From NCBI RefSeq assembly GCF_009834535.1, contig NC_045707.1, positions 46,750,001-46,814,000 on the forward strand: a DNA stretch of 64,000 nt, written 5' to 3'. Position numbers and translations under genes: made by a program. The notes under the pieces were generated by a model, which was not told where the DNA came from, made no database searches, and saw only the letters and a program-made list of their open reading frames with translations. The DNA is from Camelus ferus. Lineage: Eukaryota. How positions within the stretch are numbered: the stretch's first letter is position 1; each line of letters starts with the position of its first letter. This document shows positions 1 to 10,244 of the stretch, piece after piece.

Positions 1-98
1 GTTACCTATGTCTACTTTTGGTATTATCATCCCAGTTCTTTGATTTCTTCCAGTATTTTACTAGTCTGTCTATTCACTTGCCAGGTGCTATCAATTCT

Positions 99-167
99 TT
101 TTTTTTTTTTTTAACTTTTTTTTTTATTGAGTTCTAGTCATTTTACAATGTTGTGTCAAATTCCAGT
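99..167 (-). mobile_element. Very short 5'-truncated young L1 (3' end plus polyA) with 16-bp TSD
   Basis: aggtgctatcaattct occurs identically at 83-98 and 168-183. The insert on minus (actggaatttgacacaacattgtaaaatgactagaactcaataaaa...polyA) matches the L1 3' end at ~26645-26705. Confidence 0.9.
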
Positions 168-1289
168 AGGTGCTATCAATTCTATCTCCACAATACAGCT
201 TCAAGCTCTCAAGGTTGGTAAATATTCCTCTCACACAGCACCACTCTCCCACCCTTCACTCTTTGTAGACATCACTAATTGATCATTGCACTCTTTCCCA
301 CTTACCTATGCAAGGCTAAGAGCAATAATAGCCCTGTTTCTTGAATACTTACTCTTAGGTATTCTACTAATCATTTAGCATGCCCTACCTCACTTAATTC
401 TAATAGAAGCCTTGTGAAAATAGACTTTTTTTTTCCCACTGTACAGGTGAGAAAACGGAAGGCTGAAAGTAGGGAGAGAGATCCTGGCAACTTCCTTTCT
501 CCAGTCATCCAGTCTTTCTCTGAGGCCTCCCACTGATGGAAATCTAGCTAGAACCAGTTGGCAGGGCAACCAGAGACATGTAGTTTGCAGAAGTCAGCTC
601 CTTGTGGTGTACTGCAAAGCAGAAGGACAGGGATTGGATCTGAGACCACACAATGACTGGTGAGAAGACTCTCCTGATTTCACAGCTGAAAGGAATGTGT
701 CCTGACTCTGAAAGCTGATAGCACTTGATCCAGAAGTTTCCTTCTGCACTGAACACTATTTATCATATTTGCTTATGTATATAATATGTATCTGTGAGTC
801 TTTACTCCTTTGGTCTACAGCCTCTAAAAGCCTCTTGGGTAAGACACAAGTGTGAATTTTTGTCACTCCTGTCATAATGGCTAGTAGCTCAATGCTTTGC
901 TCAATAAATATTTGCTGAATGATGAAAAATGTATATTCAATGCCCGTGCTTCTTCAGACTGAAGCGTATAGCAACATATCGGGGGTACGCCAAGCTATAA
1001 GACAAACACCTTACGTTTCTCTGGAGAGTCAATTTCACAGTGTGATAATCAGTAACTTTAAACATAATTTTTATATGGAAACAGAAGCAATGAAATCAAA
1101 CATAAAATTTACACGTTTTTAAGATAAATTACTTCAAAACATACTAGGCCCCTTGTGTTATTCCCTTGTGTGTTCATTTTTTTCTTCAGTTTTTTTTTTT
1201 TTAAACAAGTGTTGACTAAGCACTTTCTCTATGCCTGGCTCTGTTCTAGACTGACGTGATTCCTGCCTCCAAGAATCTTACCGTCTAGT

Positions 1290-1495
1290 GCAAAATTCTA
1301 GGCCAAACGCAAATGTTTTAGGCTTCCTGGGCCAAACACTCCTTGTTGCATAACTCAATTCTGCCTTGTAAAATGAAAGCAGCCATGGACAATAGCTGAA
1401 TAAACGAGTGTTGCTGTGTTCCAGTAAAACTTCATTACAAGACCAGGCAGCAGGCCGCATTCGGCCAATGAGTCATCGTTTGCTGATACTGGTCT
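1290..1495. mobile_element. MER58-like hAT-Charlie MITE
   Basis: Recalled motifs: aatgttttaggcttc, actcaattctgccttgtaaaatgaaagcagccatggacaat, gctgtgttccagtaaaacttcatt. Confidence 0.7.
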
Positions 1496-1598
1496 AGTGG
1501 GGGGACACAGACATTAAATAATTTAGGATGATACACTGTTACAGAATAATATAAGATACCCCACAGGCAAGGATAGGGTAAGTTACTTAGTCCAAGGG

Positions 1599-3227
1599 CA
1601 GGAACGGCTTTGTGGGTGTACAACCTGTGCAGCGAGTGATGCAGGGCCCACCTAAAAGGGACACCGTGCTTGGTTTAATGCTCTGTTGTCACAGTCTAGA
1701 AATTCTTAATAATGTAATATTTGAACTTGTGAAGTCATGTGAACTTACAGGAGCACGCGTGCGAGCAGAGCTGCTGTGCCAGGCGTTGGCGTGTACGTGT
1801 GGAGGCTCAAGCTGACAGGCATGGCGGCGGCGGCGGCTGCTTCCGCAGCTGGCTGCGCGGCTGGCGAGCATGCGCACACGCGCCCCACGGAGCTCTGAGG
1901 CGCCGCCCTGCCTGGCACCTGGACCCGGATTGGCTGACGGCGGTAGCAGCAGTAGCAAATGGAATGCTGGTGGCAGCAACGGCTACCGCAGTAGAGGGGA
2001 GGGGACCCGGAAGCAGCACAAGGACGCATGGTGGGAGATTGGCTTACCTGCCTGTCCCCAGAGCTTGTCCCTGAGGCATCTGCACAAATATTAATTCTCA
2101 AGTCTGAGCAGCGGGACACTCAAGAATGCAGGTTGTAAAGTTTGTCAGCAAATTATTACAAAATAAGGGTGTACACATTGACACTGCAATAAAGCATATC
2201 AGGGACTTACTAAAATTCTTGAAAGAATTTAGAATTTCTGGTTTTGAAAATTATTGCAACAGTGCAAATCAAAATACCCACGAGCTTAGAAATAGAAATT
2301 AAATATAAAGATTGTTCCATTCGACAGAATAGTACAGTATCTTCACACAAAGTTTCAGATAAACCAACAGTTAACAAGGAAGACAATTTTAAAATGAATC
2401 TTCCTGTATTTGAAGATAGTGTTAGAATGCATAGGCAGGCATTTTGAATTATATAAAAATCGTAAAGTCACTTTTGGTTTCTTGTATGACTTTCACAAAT
2501 TGCAAGAACTGTGAGAGTAAATATTAATATTAAATTTGTGTGAAAAATCATATAATTAATATGATTTAAATAATATAAATGCTATATAAAGAGTATTTAA
2601 TTATTTATAAATAATATAAATCTATATATTAAATTCGCAATTACATGAAACTAATTTGTATGAAGAGTAACTCCTTACAGAAAATAACTGCACAGGAATC
2701 ATCACCTCTAGATGTTCTAAAATTTATATTTCAAAATAACTTATCAGACATGTATCCCCATGTTGTCATAGCCTCTGAAACACTCTTACATGCTCCGGTA
2801 ACAACTGCCTCAGTAGATTTTAATTGTCAAAATTAAATTTATCAAAAAGTATTTGTAATCTTGCATTTGCCAACAGCAACTGACATTGCTTTCAATTGTA
2901 TCAATTGAAAACTAAGTTACTAAAAGTACAAGTGACCTAATGAATATGTAGGAAAGCAAACCAGAAAAATCTTGGTATCATATTAATCAGTATTACTTAT
3001 TGTGTTATATAAAATTTTGATACCAAAAATACATTTTGACCACTAAAATTTTTGTATTGTTACTCATGTATCACTATTACTTTTATTACATTTTATAAAT
3101 AATAAAATATTTTTAAATAAAAATATTTACATTTTACCTTTAATTGCCCTTTTTTTTCTTGCTTTTAAAAAAAGGGCCCTGTATTTTCATTTTGCCCTGG
3201 GCCTTGCAAATTATATAGTTGGTGCTG
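1599..3227 (+). mobile_element. Full-length MER45-family (MER45R-like) hAT-Tip100 DNA transposon fossil with transposase remnant
   Basis: Ends match the recalled MER45 consensus (caggaacggctttgtgggtgtacaacctgtgcag...cttggtttaatgctctg; gggccctgtattttcattttgccctgggccttgcaaattatatagttggtgctg). Length is ~1.63 kb. ORF 2645-2836 (…LKFIFQNNLSDMYPHVVIA…PVTTASV) resembles the hAT C-terminal dimerisation domain. There is a degenerate 8-bp TSD, tccaaggg/tccaggaa. Confidence 0.8.
1751..2045. promoter_or_regulatory. Small CpG-dense island with promoter-type motifs inside the MER45-like element
   Basis: About 27 CpG in ~280 bp (hand count). Motifs: NRF1-like 1865-1876, YY1-core ATGGCGGC 1821-1828, ETS CCGGAAG 2007-2013, inverted CCAAT at 1929-1933 and 2038-2042. 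Confidence 0.55.
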
Positions 3228-3304
3228 TCCAGGAATCCAGGCAAGATTTCCTGAGGAAATAAGTGGAAAAACACCAAAACAAGAGAGAGCTTGTCACACT
3301 AGAG

Positions 3305-3477
3305 CCATGGTTCTCAAAGTGTGGTCCCTGTACCAGCAGCATTGGCATCACCTGGGATCCTCTTAGAACTGCATATTCTCAGGCCCCACCACAGAAACTC
3401 GAGGGGTGGACCCCAGCAATCCAATTTTACACCCCCACAGGTGGTCCTGATGTCTCTTGAGTGTGAGAGGCACTGCT
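3305..3477. mobile_element. MER5A-like hAT-Charlie MITE
   Basis: tggttctcaaagtgtggtccc...cagcagcattggcatcacctggga...attctcaggccccacc...gtgtgagaggcactg. Confidence 0.8.
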
Positions 3478-3639
3478 ACAAGGAGGGAGAGAAGTCCAGT
3501 GCTGGGAGGTGGGGAAGGAGGCAGGACCAGGCTCTGAAGACAAGGAGGAGAGACTGGAGGTTTTTAAGCAGGAGCAAAAGCACAAATCCTTACAGGTCAG
3601 AAGGTCCTCATCCCCTCATCCCCTCATCCCCTTCCTGAT

Positions 3640-4100
3640 CTTATCTTCCCCCCACTCTCTGTCTCAACCACACTGCCTCCTCTGACTCACCAGTGAGTCT
3701 CCTGCCTCAGGGCCTTTGCACCAGTTATTTCCTCTTCTCAGAGTGCTTTTATCCCAGAGCCCTCTTACATTCTTTGGATATCTTCTCAAATGTTACCTTC
3801 TCAGAAAGGCCTTCCCTAGCCACCCTGTTTAAATTGTCCCCTCAATCCACACATACACACTCACTCCTTGATCCCCTCTTTTCTGCTTTATCTTACTCCA
3901 CTGCACATGCCAACTCCTAATAAATTACATTGCTTCCTTACTTTTAAGGTTAAGTGTCTATCGTACCTATCTCCCACTGGAATTCTAGTGCTATGAAACT
4001 AGTGGTTTTGTTCCTTTTCATTTACTGACACAACCCCAGGAGCCTACAAGTACCTAAGAGGTAGAGAGGGAACACTCAATATTTATTGAATGAACAAATA
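3640..4100 (+). mobile_element. L2 3' fragment
   Basis: cctgcctcagggcctttgcac, tcaaatgttaccttctcagaaaggccttccct, ending ctcaatatttattgaatgaa. Confidence 0.7.
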
Positions 4101-4199
4101 AAGAGATTTCAATTCAAATACATGACTATAATTGTTAAGAAAAGGGTTCTCATAGCCTAGTTAATAAAGTTGCTAGTGACTATTCTTAACGTGAGGCTA

Positions 4200-4560
4200 T
4201 AAGCTGAGGGTGGTCATTGAGGTAGAGACCACTAGAGCTCCGGGAAGGGAAAGTCCACGTGCTGTCCACATCCTCATGTGCAGTGGCTGGGGCCATGTAA
4301 CTATTCTGCCCAATGGACTGTGAGTAGAAGAGGCGTGTGTCAATACCAGACTGAAGCAGTCCAAAGGAGGGTCTCCTCCACTTCTTCCTTCTCATTTGGC
4401 TGTGACCATGGACGCTTGTGTGCAGCCACAAGGTCAATGCATGGAGGAAAGTTTCTTTAGGCTTTCTGTGAGGGAGAAACAAACCTTTGTTGTGATAAAT
4501 CATTGAGAGTTCAGGGTTTGTTTGTTACCACACTGTAGCCTAGTTTAGCCTGACTACTCG
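4200..4560 (+). mobile_element. MLT1-type (ERVL-MaLR) LTR fragment
   Basis: ccaatggactgtgagtagaag ... gagaaacaaacctttgttg ... gtttgtttgttaccac...tagcctagtttagcctgacta. Confidence 0.6.
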
Positions 4561-4789
4561 TGTCATTATCAACAAGCAGTGAGAGACAGCAAATTCAGGA
4601 AAGTTGAGTCTTCTGAGCAATTCTCCTATAAAGGATAAGTATTTGGTAGCTTTAAGGAAGATCCTGTACCTTGCTGACGAGAATAAATGTACAGAAATGC
4701 TGCCTGCACAATGTCCCAGTTGTAAAAGGCAGAAATTGTGAAATGAACACATAAAAGTGTACGATAGGAGGCAGAATTTATAAGTAGGG

Positions 4790-5140
4790 GCTATGGATCA
4801 GTCCTTCTAGGTGTGAATCTCAGCACTCCCACTTACTGACCTGGGACAAGCTAATTAGCCCCTCTGGACCTCAGTTTCCTCACATGTAAATAAGGATAAT
4901 AATATTAACTACTTCAAGAATTGTTGGAGGATTGGATGAAGTAAGGAAAGTAAATAAAGTACTGGGTTCTAAGTGCTCAACACAAACTCATTAAATCTTC
5001 ACAGGAACTCCATGAGTTGGATACTATTTTACCCTTATTTTATAGACTATGAAACAGATGCACAGAGAGATTAAGTAACTTACCCAAGGTCACACAGCTA
5101 GTAATGGAGCTGGGATTTGAACCCTGCAGTCTGGCTGGAG
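4790..5140. mobile_element. Two MIR SINE fragments in opposite orientations
   Basis: MIR core on plus (cctcagtttcctcacatgtaaaataaggataat, ~4869) and on minus (gattaagtaacttacccaaggtcacacagctagt...gggatttgaaccc, ~5070-5125). Confidence 0.75.
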
Positions 5141-5629
5141 GGACAGGGATAAATCCTAAGGGGGAAGTTAGGCAGAGCAGAGGCAAATCTTAGCCCCAAC
5201 ACTCACTAATCAATTGTCTTTGAGACAAAAACTTAACTACTTGCAGTCATAGTTTCTCTACCTCTTAATTAGGGAACTAGAAATATGAATAATAATAATA
5301 ATATCTACGATACCAGATGGTTGTTGAGGGCCAGTTAGGATAGCGTATATAAAGTACCTCCCAAATGTCTGGTCCAGGAGATGCTCGGTAAGATCTAACT
5401 ACTGTTGTAATGACAACGTCCTGAATGGACACAGTCTGAGCAGGCATCTGAAATAACATGGTGGTTCACTGGTCAGTGTCCCCACTGGAGTTTATGAAGA
5501 GCTCTATTCTCTTGCCCTGTTGGTACACCTCTAACAGTGTGGCCCAGGTAACCAAGAGCCACCCTTTTTCCATTCCTCAGGATACACACATGATGGAGGG
5601 CTCCCAGGCAGGGTTCCCCCACTTCCCAA

Positions 5630-5658
5630 CACCACCACCACCACCACCACCACCACCA
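5630..5658. repeat. (CCA)n trinucleotide microsatellite, ~9 units
   Basis: Directly visible; produces the poly-Pro run in spurious ORF 5458-5697. Confidence 0.95.
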
Positions 5659-6507
5659 TGTTTCTCCTTAAGAGGCCCATCTCACCCATCCGCCTAGAAG
5701 CCTACCAAGGCTGCTTCTCTCTTTGGGTTAAGCCAACCTGGCCTCCCATCTCCAGGTCAGAGAACGAGGGTATTAATAACTCAGGAAATCTCTGTTGTCC
5801 ACATGCACGCCCTACTCCTCACCACTTCCACCCCGGGGCAAAAGAAGCTACTGATTTTCTGAGTCATCATCGACAACAAAAAAATTCCATAGAATCATGG
5901 CAACCACCTCCACTTCATTGTTCAGATTCCTGTTCTTTGAAAATCCACAATCCTCGAATGACAGCAGCTGGGGAGTAGGGGAGGGTGGGTGGCTAGGGGA
6001 CAGATCTTGAGGTTGGATATTGTCTCAGGTTTGGTTTCAACCTGCCTCCAGGGTAATATTGACTTTAATGCTGCCACCACAGCTTGAGGGCTCATGTCTC
6101 CTAAGTGATCACTGTGGGTTCTTCCACATAGAAGAGCAGCAGAAGATCCAGGAACAGCATTTAGCCAATGAAACAGCTTCTCCCAGGGAAATGGCACCCC
6201 CATGGATTAGTCATAATTATCAAGCATTTTAGGTCCTTTATGGATGTTCCTGTTTTCATCTCCTCAGTGCTTCCTATTTCTCTTTCACTTAAATTTTTTC
6301 TTCCTTCAGTACACCTGTCTCCCTTTCTTCTTGATCTCTCTCTCTCCCTCTTCCTTGCTCCTCTCCTCTTTCCCCACTTTCCTCCTCTCCTAACTGCTAT
6401 AATCTTTCACATATTGAATAAGTATTGATGGTCCCTGTTATTAACTTAACAACTAGGTTAAATTATTTAATTACATTAATTAGCACTAGGTCAATTTATC
6501 CTCCAAA

Positions 6508-6672
6508 TATAGTGACCAGATTTAACCAAGAAAAGCACAAAACATCCAGGTAAATTTGAATTTCAGATAAACAGCAAATAGTATTTGGGATACTCTTACA
6601 CTAAAAAAAAATTTGTTGTTTCTCTGAAATTTAAATTTACCTTGGTGTCTGACATTGTATTTGGCAGCCCTA
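6508..6672. mobile_element. MER53-like palindromic hAT MITE
   Basis: Long imperfect inverted repeat (ggtaaatttgaatttcagataaacagcaaat / atttgttgtttctctgaaatttaaatttacc) ending tttggcagcccta. Confidence 0.8.
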
Positions 6673-7199
6673 TCCTCAACTAACTATAGATCGGTGTGGG
6701 CCTCAAACAATACTTGTCCTGTGAGTCAGTGGCTCTTAGAAATAAGATGTCCCATACCTGCTCTATGAAAAACTCTGTAACCCTATGATTATTTTTAAAA
6801 GGTAAGGAACCAACATTCCCTGAACTCTCTGGATAGCGGAGTTTTTGATCTTGTGCTTTATATGATGCTTACATCTTCAAGGAGTATTTCTTCGAAGGCA
6901 TCTGGCCTTCTCAGGGCCTCCCCAAGCCCCACAGCCTCTGGGCACCCCAGAGGCTAGCGAAGGCTGTAGCTCAGAGAGCAGAGGGGTCCTGTGTGGTCAG
7001 ATTTTGACAGGAATGTCAGGCCTCTGTGAGGGAGAAGGTTACTTCTGCAGGGGGTGAGGGGGAAGGATGAATTACAGTATTTTTCTTTCATGATCACATC
7101 TTTGCCTCCTATTTGCCATGTCGTCACAGTGGTTTGGGGACAGTGCAGGCTGGGTGGGAATACTCCCTTTTCCTTACGCCCCTTTGGCTCTATTTGAGA

Positions 7200-7980
7200 G
7201 TGAAGTTTACAAGAGAAGGAGTGATGGCCTGCGCTCCCCAGATGGCACTGAGGTCTGTCACGGCTGACAGTTAATACCTAGTTAATACCTGGCCTCCAAG
7301 CCCGATGGCCTTCCGGTCTGCTGGTATCTGAACAAATACAGCAAGAGTGTGAAGGTCACAGAGTCGCATGAAGTCAGCAGGGGCTGACCTTGTGAAATGT
7401 GTGACCATCTCCCCTCCACATTGAGAACATTTTTAAATGACTGCAGAAGCTGCCGGGCTCCAAAGCCCAGAGAGCACGGCTCCCCTTCCCCAGGCACTGC
7501 CATTTCTAAGTGGTGTGGTCCAGGCCGGGCTTTCCGCTCTCCCTGCTGGAGGCCCGCCATCCTTATTGAGTGTATTTCCAAGAAAGCAGTTGACAGGCTT
7601 GGCAGTGCTATTCCTGGAAATGTTCAATAGGCCATCTTCTGGCAGGGGCTGCTGCTGACGGATGGGTCGGAAGGGGAGACCACGTGCTCAGCGCCATCTC
7701 CGCCCCAGCCTATTCCCAGGTGCCTCTGAGCAACAGCCGTCCCCAAATACCACGGGCTGTCAGCTGGCGGGGGCTGCGGGCCTCTGCGGATCTCACTTCC
7801 TCCCGGGCAGGGCGGCTGCCAGCGGGCTTGCTGCTAAATGAAGACAGGCGCCCTGTGACTATAAATTATAATACACATCAGCTCCGGCTGATGCACTGCA
7901 TGTCCCGCAGGAAACTCCGCAGGGGACGCTTGGCCACTGCCACAGGGCATTCTAGACGGTGGCTTTGACTCTTCTGGCAG
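7200..7980. promoter_or_regulatory. Non-repeat, moderately CpG-rich candidate regulatory block (CTCF-like site, paired STAT GAS sites, E-box)
   Basis: TCCCCAGATGGCACT 7235-7249; TTCCAAGAA 7576-7584; TTCCTGGAA 7611-7619; CACGTG 7681-7686; ~19 CpG in 7650-7960. Confidence 0.45.
7608..7654 (-). CDS. Candidate alternative terminal coding exon of CRADD (short tail AAAPARRWPIEHFQE*)
   Basis: Minus-strand tctccccttccgacccatccgtcag|CAGCAGCCCCTGCC... The same phase as the canonical exon gives 15 codons then TAG. Inference only, with no transcript data. Confidence 0.35.
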
Positions 7981-8073
7981 CCGCAGGAGAGAAGCCAAGC
8001 CTGTCGCTGGGCAGAGGAGCTCTGGCAACTCCCAGAGGTTGGAATTTCCCTCTGATGTGGAGCACAGGACGGA

Positions 8074-8298
8074 CCAGGGCTTCTCAGCCTCCACAGTACT
8101 GATGTTCAGTGCTGACACTTCTTTGTGGGGGCTGTCTGTGCACTCCGGATGTTTAGCAGCATCCTTGGCCTCTGCCCACTGGATGCCAGTAGCACCTCCA
8201 CCAGCGCCCCCCTCTACCAGGTGTGACAACCAAAAATACCTCCAGATATTGCCAAATGTCCTCTGGAAGGCAAAGTTGCCCTTGACTGAGAACCACTA
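8074..8298. mobile_element. MER20 hAT-Charlie MITE
   Basis: ggatgtttagcagcatccttggcctctgcccactggatgccagtagcacc ... gtgacaaccaaaaatacctccagatattgccaaatgtcc ... tgagaaccact. Confidence 0.85.
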
Positions 8299-9731
8299 GT
8301 GTAGAGGAAAGGAGATAGGGAGCCTTCTGAGGGGATGCCGGAGAGACAAAGACAGAATCTCAGAATCTGGTCTTCAGTTGAGCTGTGTGAGGCAAGGCAA
8401 GTCACAGAATCCTTGGGCCTCAGTTTTCTTATCTCTAAAATGGAAAGAAAAAGAAAGGCAAACCAAGGGACTGTGGAAACCAGCTGAGAGAATGCATCAG
8501 ATGCACTTTGAGAAGTATGAAGCACCACAGAAAATGACAGAACAGATTATCTAATGCTTGAATACTTCCCTACCTCAAAGGGCCCAGCTCCCTTTGAAAG
8601 GAGAATATAGCTGAATATTTATAAAATTCCTGTCTCTTAAATTAAAACAAACAAATGCTTTAGAAAGCTTTTCTCTTTATTATTGTTGTTCTTCTGAATT
8701 CAAACAAGATTACTAAGTATGCTATGACTGCCTGAGGTTAATGAACACAATTTTCTTTTGCCTTCCTTGAAAGAAGTTTTCTATCTTTTTTTTCTTCTTT
8801 TTTATCAACAATTGTATCCCTCCAGTGAAAGAACAGAAAGTAAGAAAAGGGGGGGGGGCTCTATTTTTTTCATGAAATTAGTATCTTTTTCTTTATAATT
8901 TGCAACAAAAACTGATAAATGAAACACCACAGCCCCATAGAAAGACACTGTTGCTTTAAAGAGCTTTGCTGTTATATAATTCTCTGGCTGACTTCACCCA
9001 GCCAGCTTTCAAGGAACTGTAAAGAAATCTTTAAAGGTTAATATTTCTCCTACTCACACTGGCAGAAAAACACAAAGGAAATGGGTAACCTGAGTCACCT
9101 CAGTGGTGAAAAATGAAGAGCCAAGTCCTTGAGGACAGGACTACATATGCCCCCCCGCCCCTGTCTTGGGGTCTTGTCACGCTCCAGGCAGCCAAGGCCC
9201 TTCCTTTGTGGCTGTGTTCATTGGAAGATCCAAGGCCACATTTGCTTTGGGAAACAGGACACTGTGATTAATCAAAGAAAACAAAAACAGCTTCTTTTTC
9301 ATAATGGGCCCAATGAAGGGCTTTTCTAGGAAAAATCCTGATCAGGCTGTTCCTTCTGTTTCCCTAGAGGCTAACAGCCAAAGGAGGGGGTTGGAGGGGT
9401 GTGTGAGGAGGTATCCATGGAAGTTTATTCCCAAATAGTCCCTTCCCAGATAAAGACTTCACTGTGCTAACCAGCTCAAAGCACTAAGCGTCAGTTAACA
9501 ACAGGGGCCCCACAAAAGGAGACAAGTCTCTTTCTAAGGCATCACACTGTTCCTGCACCAACCCAAGAACTCACCTGCTCCTACAGAATTATTCTGATCA
9601 GACAGAGTTCCCAGATGGGACCTGAGGAGGTGAGAATCTCTGAACCAAATGGAGAAGTGTCAGAAAAGGTGTTGTAAAACCAGCTAGCACATGCTTATCT
9701 TGTTAGAAGCAAACACAATGTAGTTCTGGGA

Positions 9732-10228
9732 CAGTGCTTCCTCCTTATCCATGGGGGATACATTCCAAGAACCCCCAGGGGATGCCTGAAACTGCAGATA
9801 GTACTTTATATATACACTATAGATACTATTTTTTCCTATATATAAATACCTATGATACAGTTCCATTTATAAATGAGGCACAGAAAGAGAATATCCCAAT
9901 TGCCAGCATCACTACTCTTGTGTTTTGGGGCCATTATTAAGTGAAATAAAAGTTCCTTGAACCCAAGTACTGTGATATTATGACAGCTGATCTGAAAACC
10001 GAGACACCTACTAAGTGACTAATTGGTGGGATGCACTGGACAAGGGGATGATTCCTGTCCCGGGGTGGGATGGAGCTAGATGATGCAAGATGTCATCTAG
10101 TAACTCAAAACAGAGTGCAAGCTAAAGCTTATGAATTGTTTACTTCTGGGATTTTCCATTTAATATTTTCACACTGAGATTGACTGTGAGGTTGTGGAAG
10201 GCAAAACTGTGGATAAGAGAGGCTACTG
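9732..10228 (-). mobile_element. MER44-like (Tigger7-derived) TcMar-Tigger MITE
   Basis: TIR-like ends (cagtgcttcctccttatccatgg / ctgtggataagagaggctactg) and internal ttatgaattgtttacttctgggattttccatttaatattttc. Confidence 0.7.
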
Positions 10229-10244
10229 TGCTAGGTAGGGACAG

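Noticed and set aside
1689..2119. Overlapping Ala/Gly/Arg-rich ORFs on both strands
   Set aside because: A by-product of GC-rich, stop-poor sequence with no recognisable protein similarity.
2244..2900. hAT transposase as a domesticated ZBED/ZMYM-like gene
   Set aside because: Only short broken ORFs, interrupted by stops, frameshifts and an AT-rich low-complexity tract.
6508..6672. Long hairpin as a possible pre-miRNA
   Set aside because: Explained by the palindromic structure of a MER53-type MITE, with no evidence of processing.
8198..8220. CTCF-like sequence in MER20 (agaggggggcgctgg on minus)
   Set aside because: One G too many for the core spacing, and a poor 5' half.
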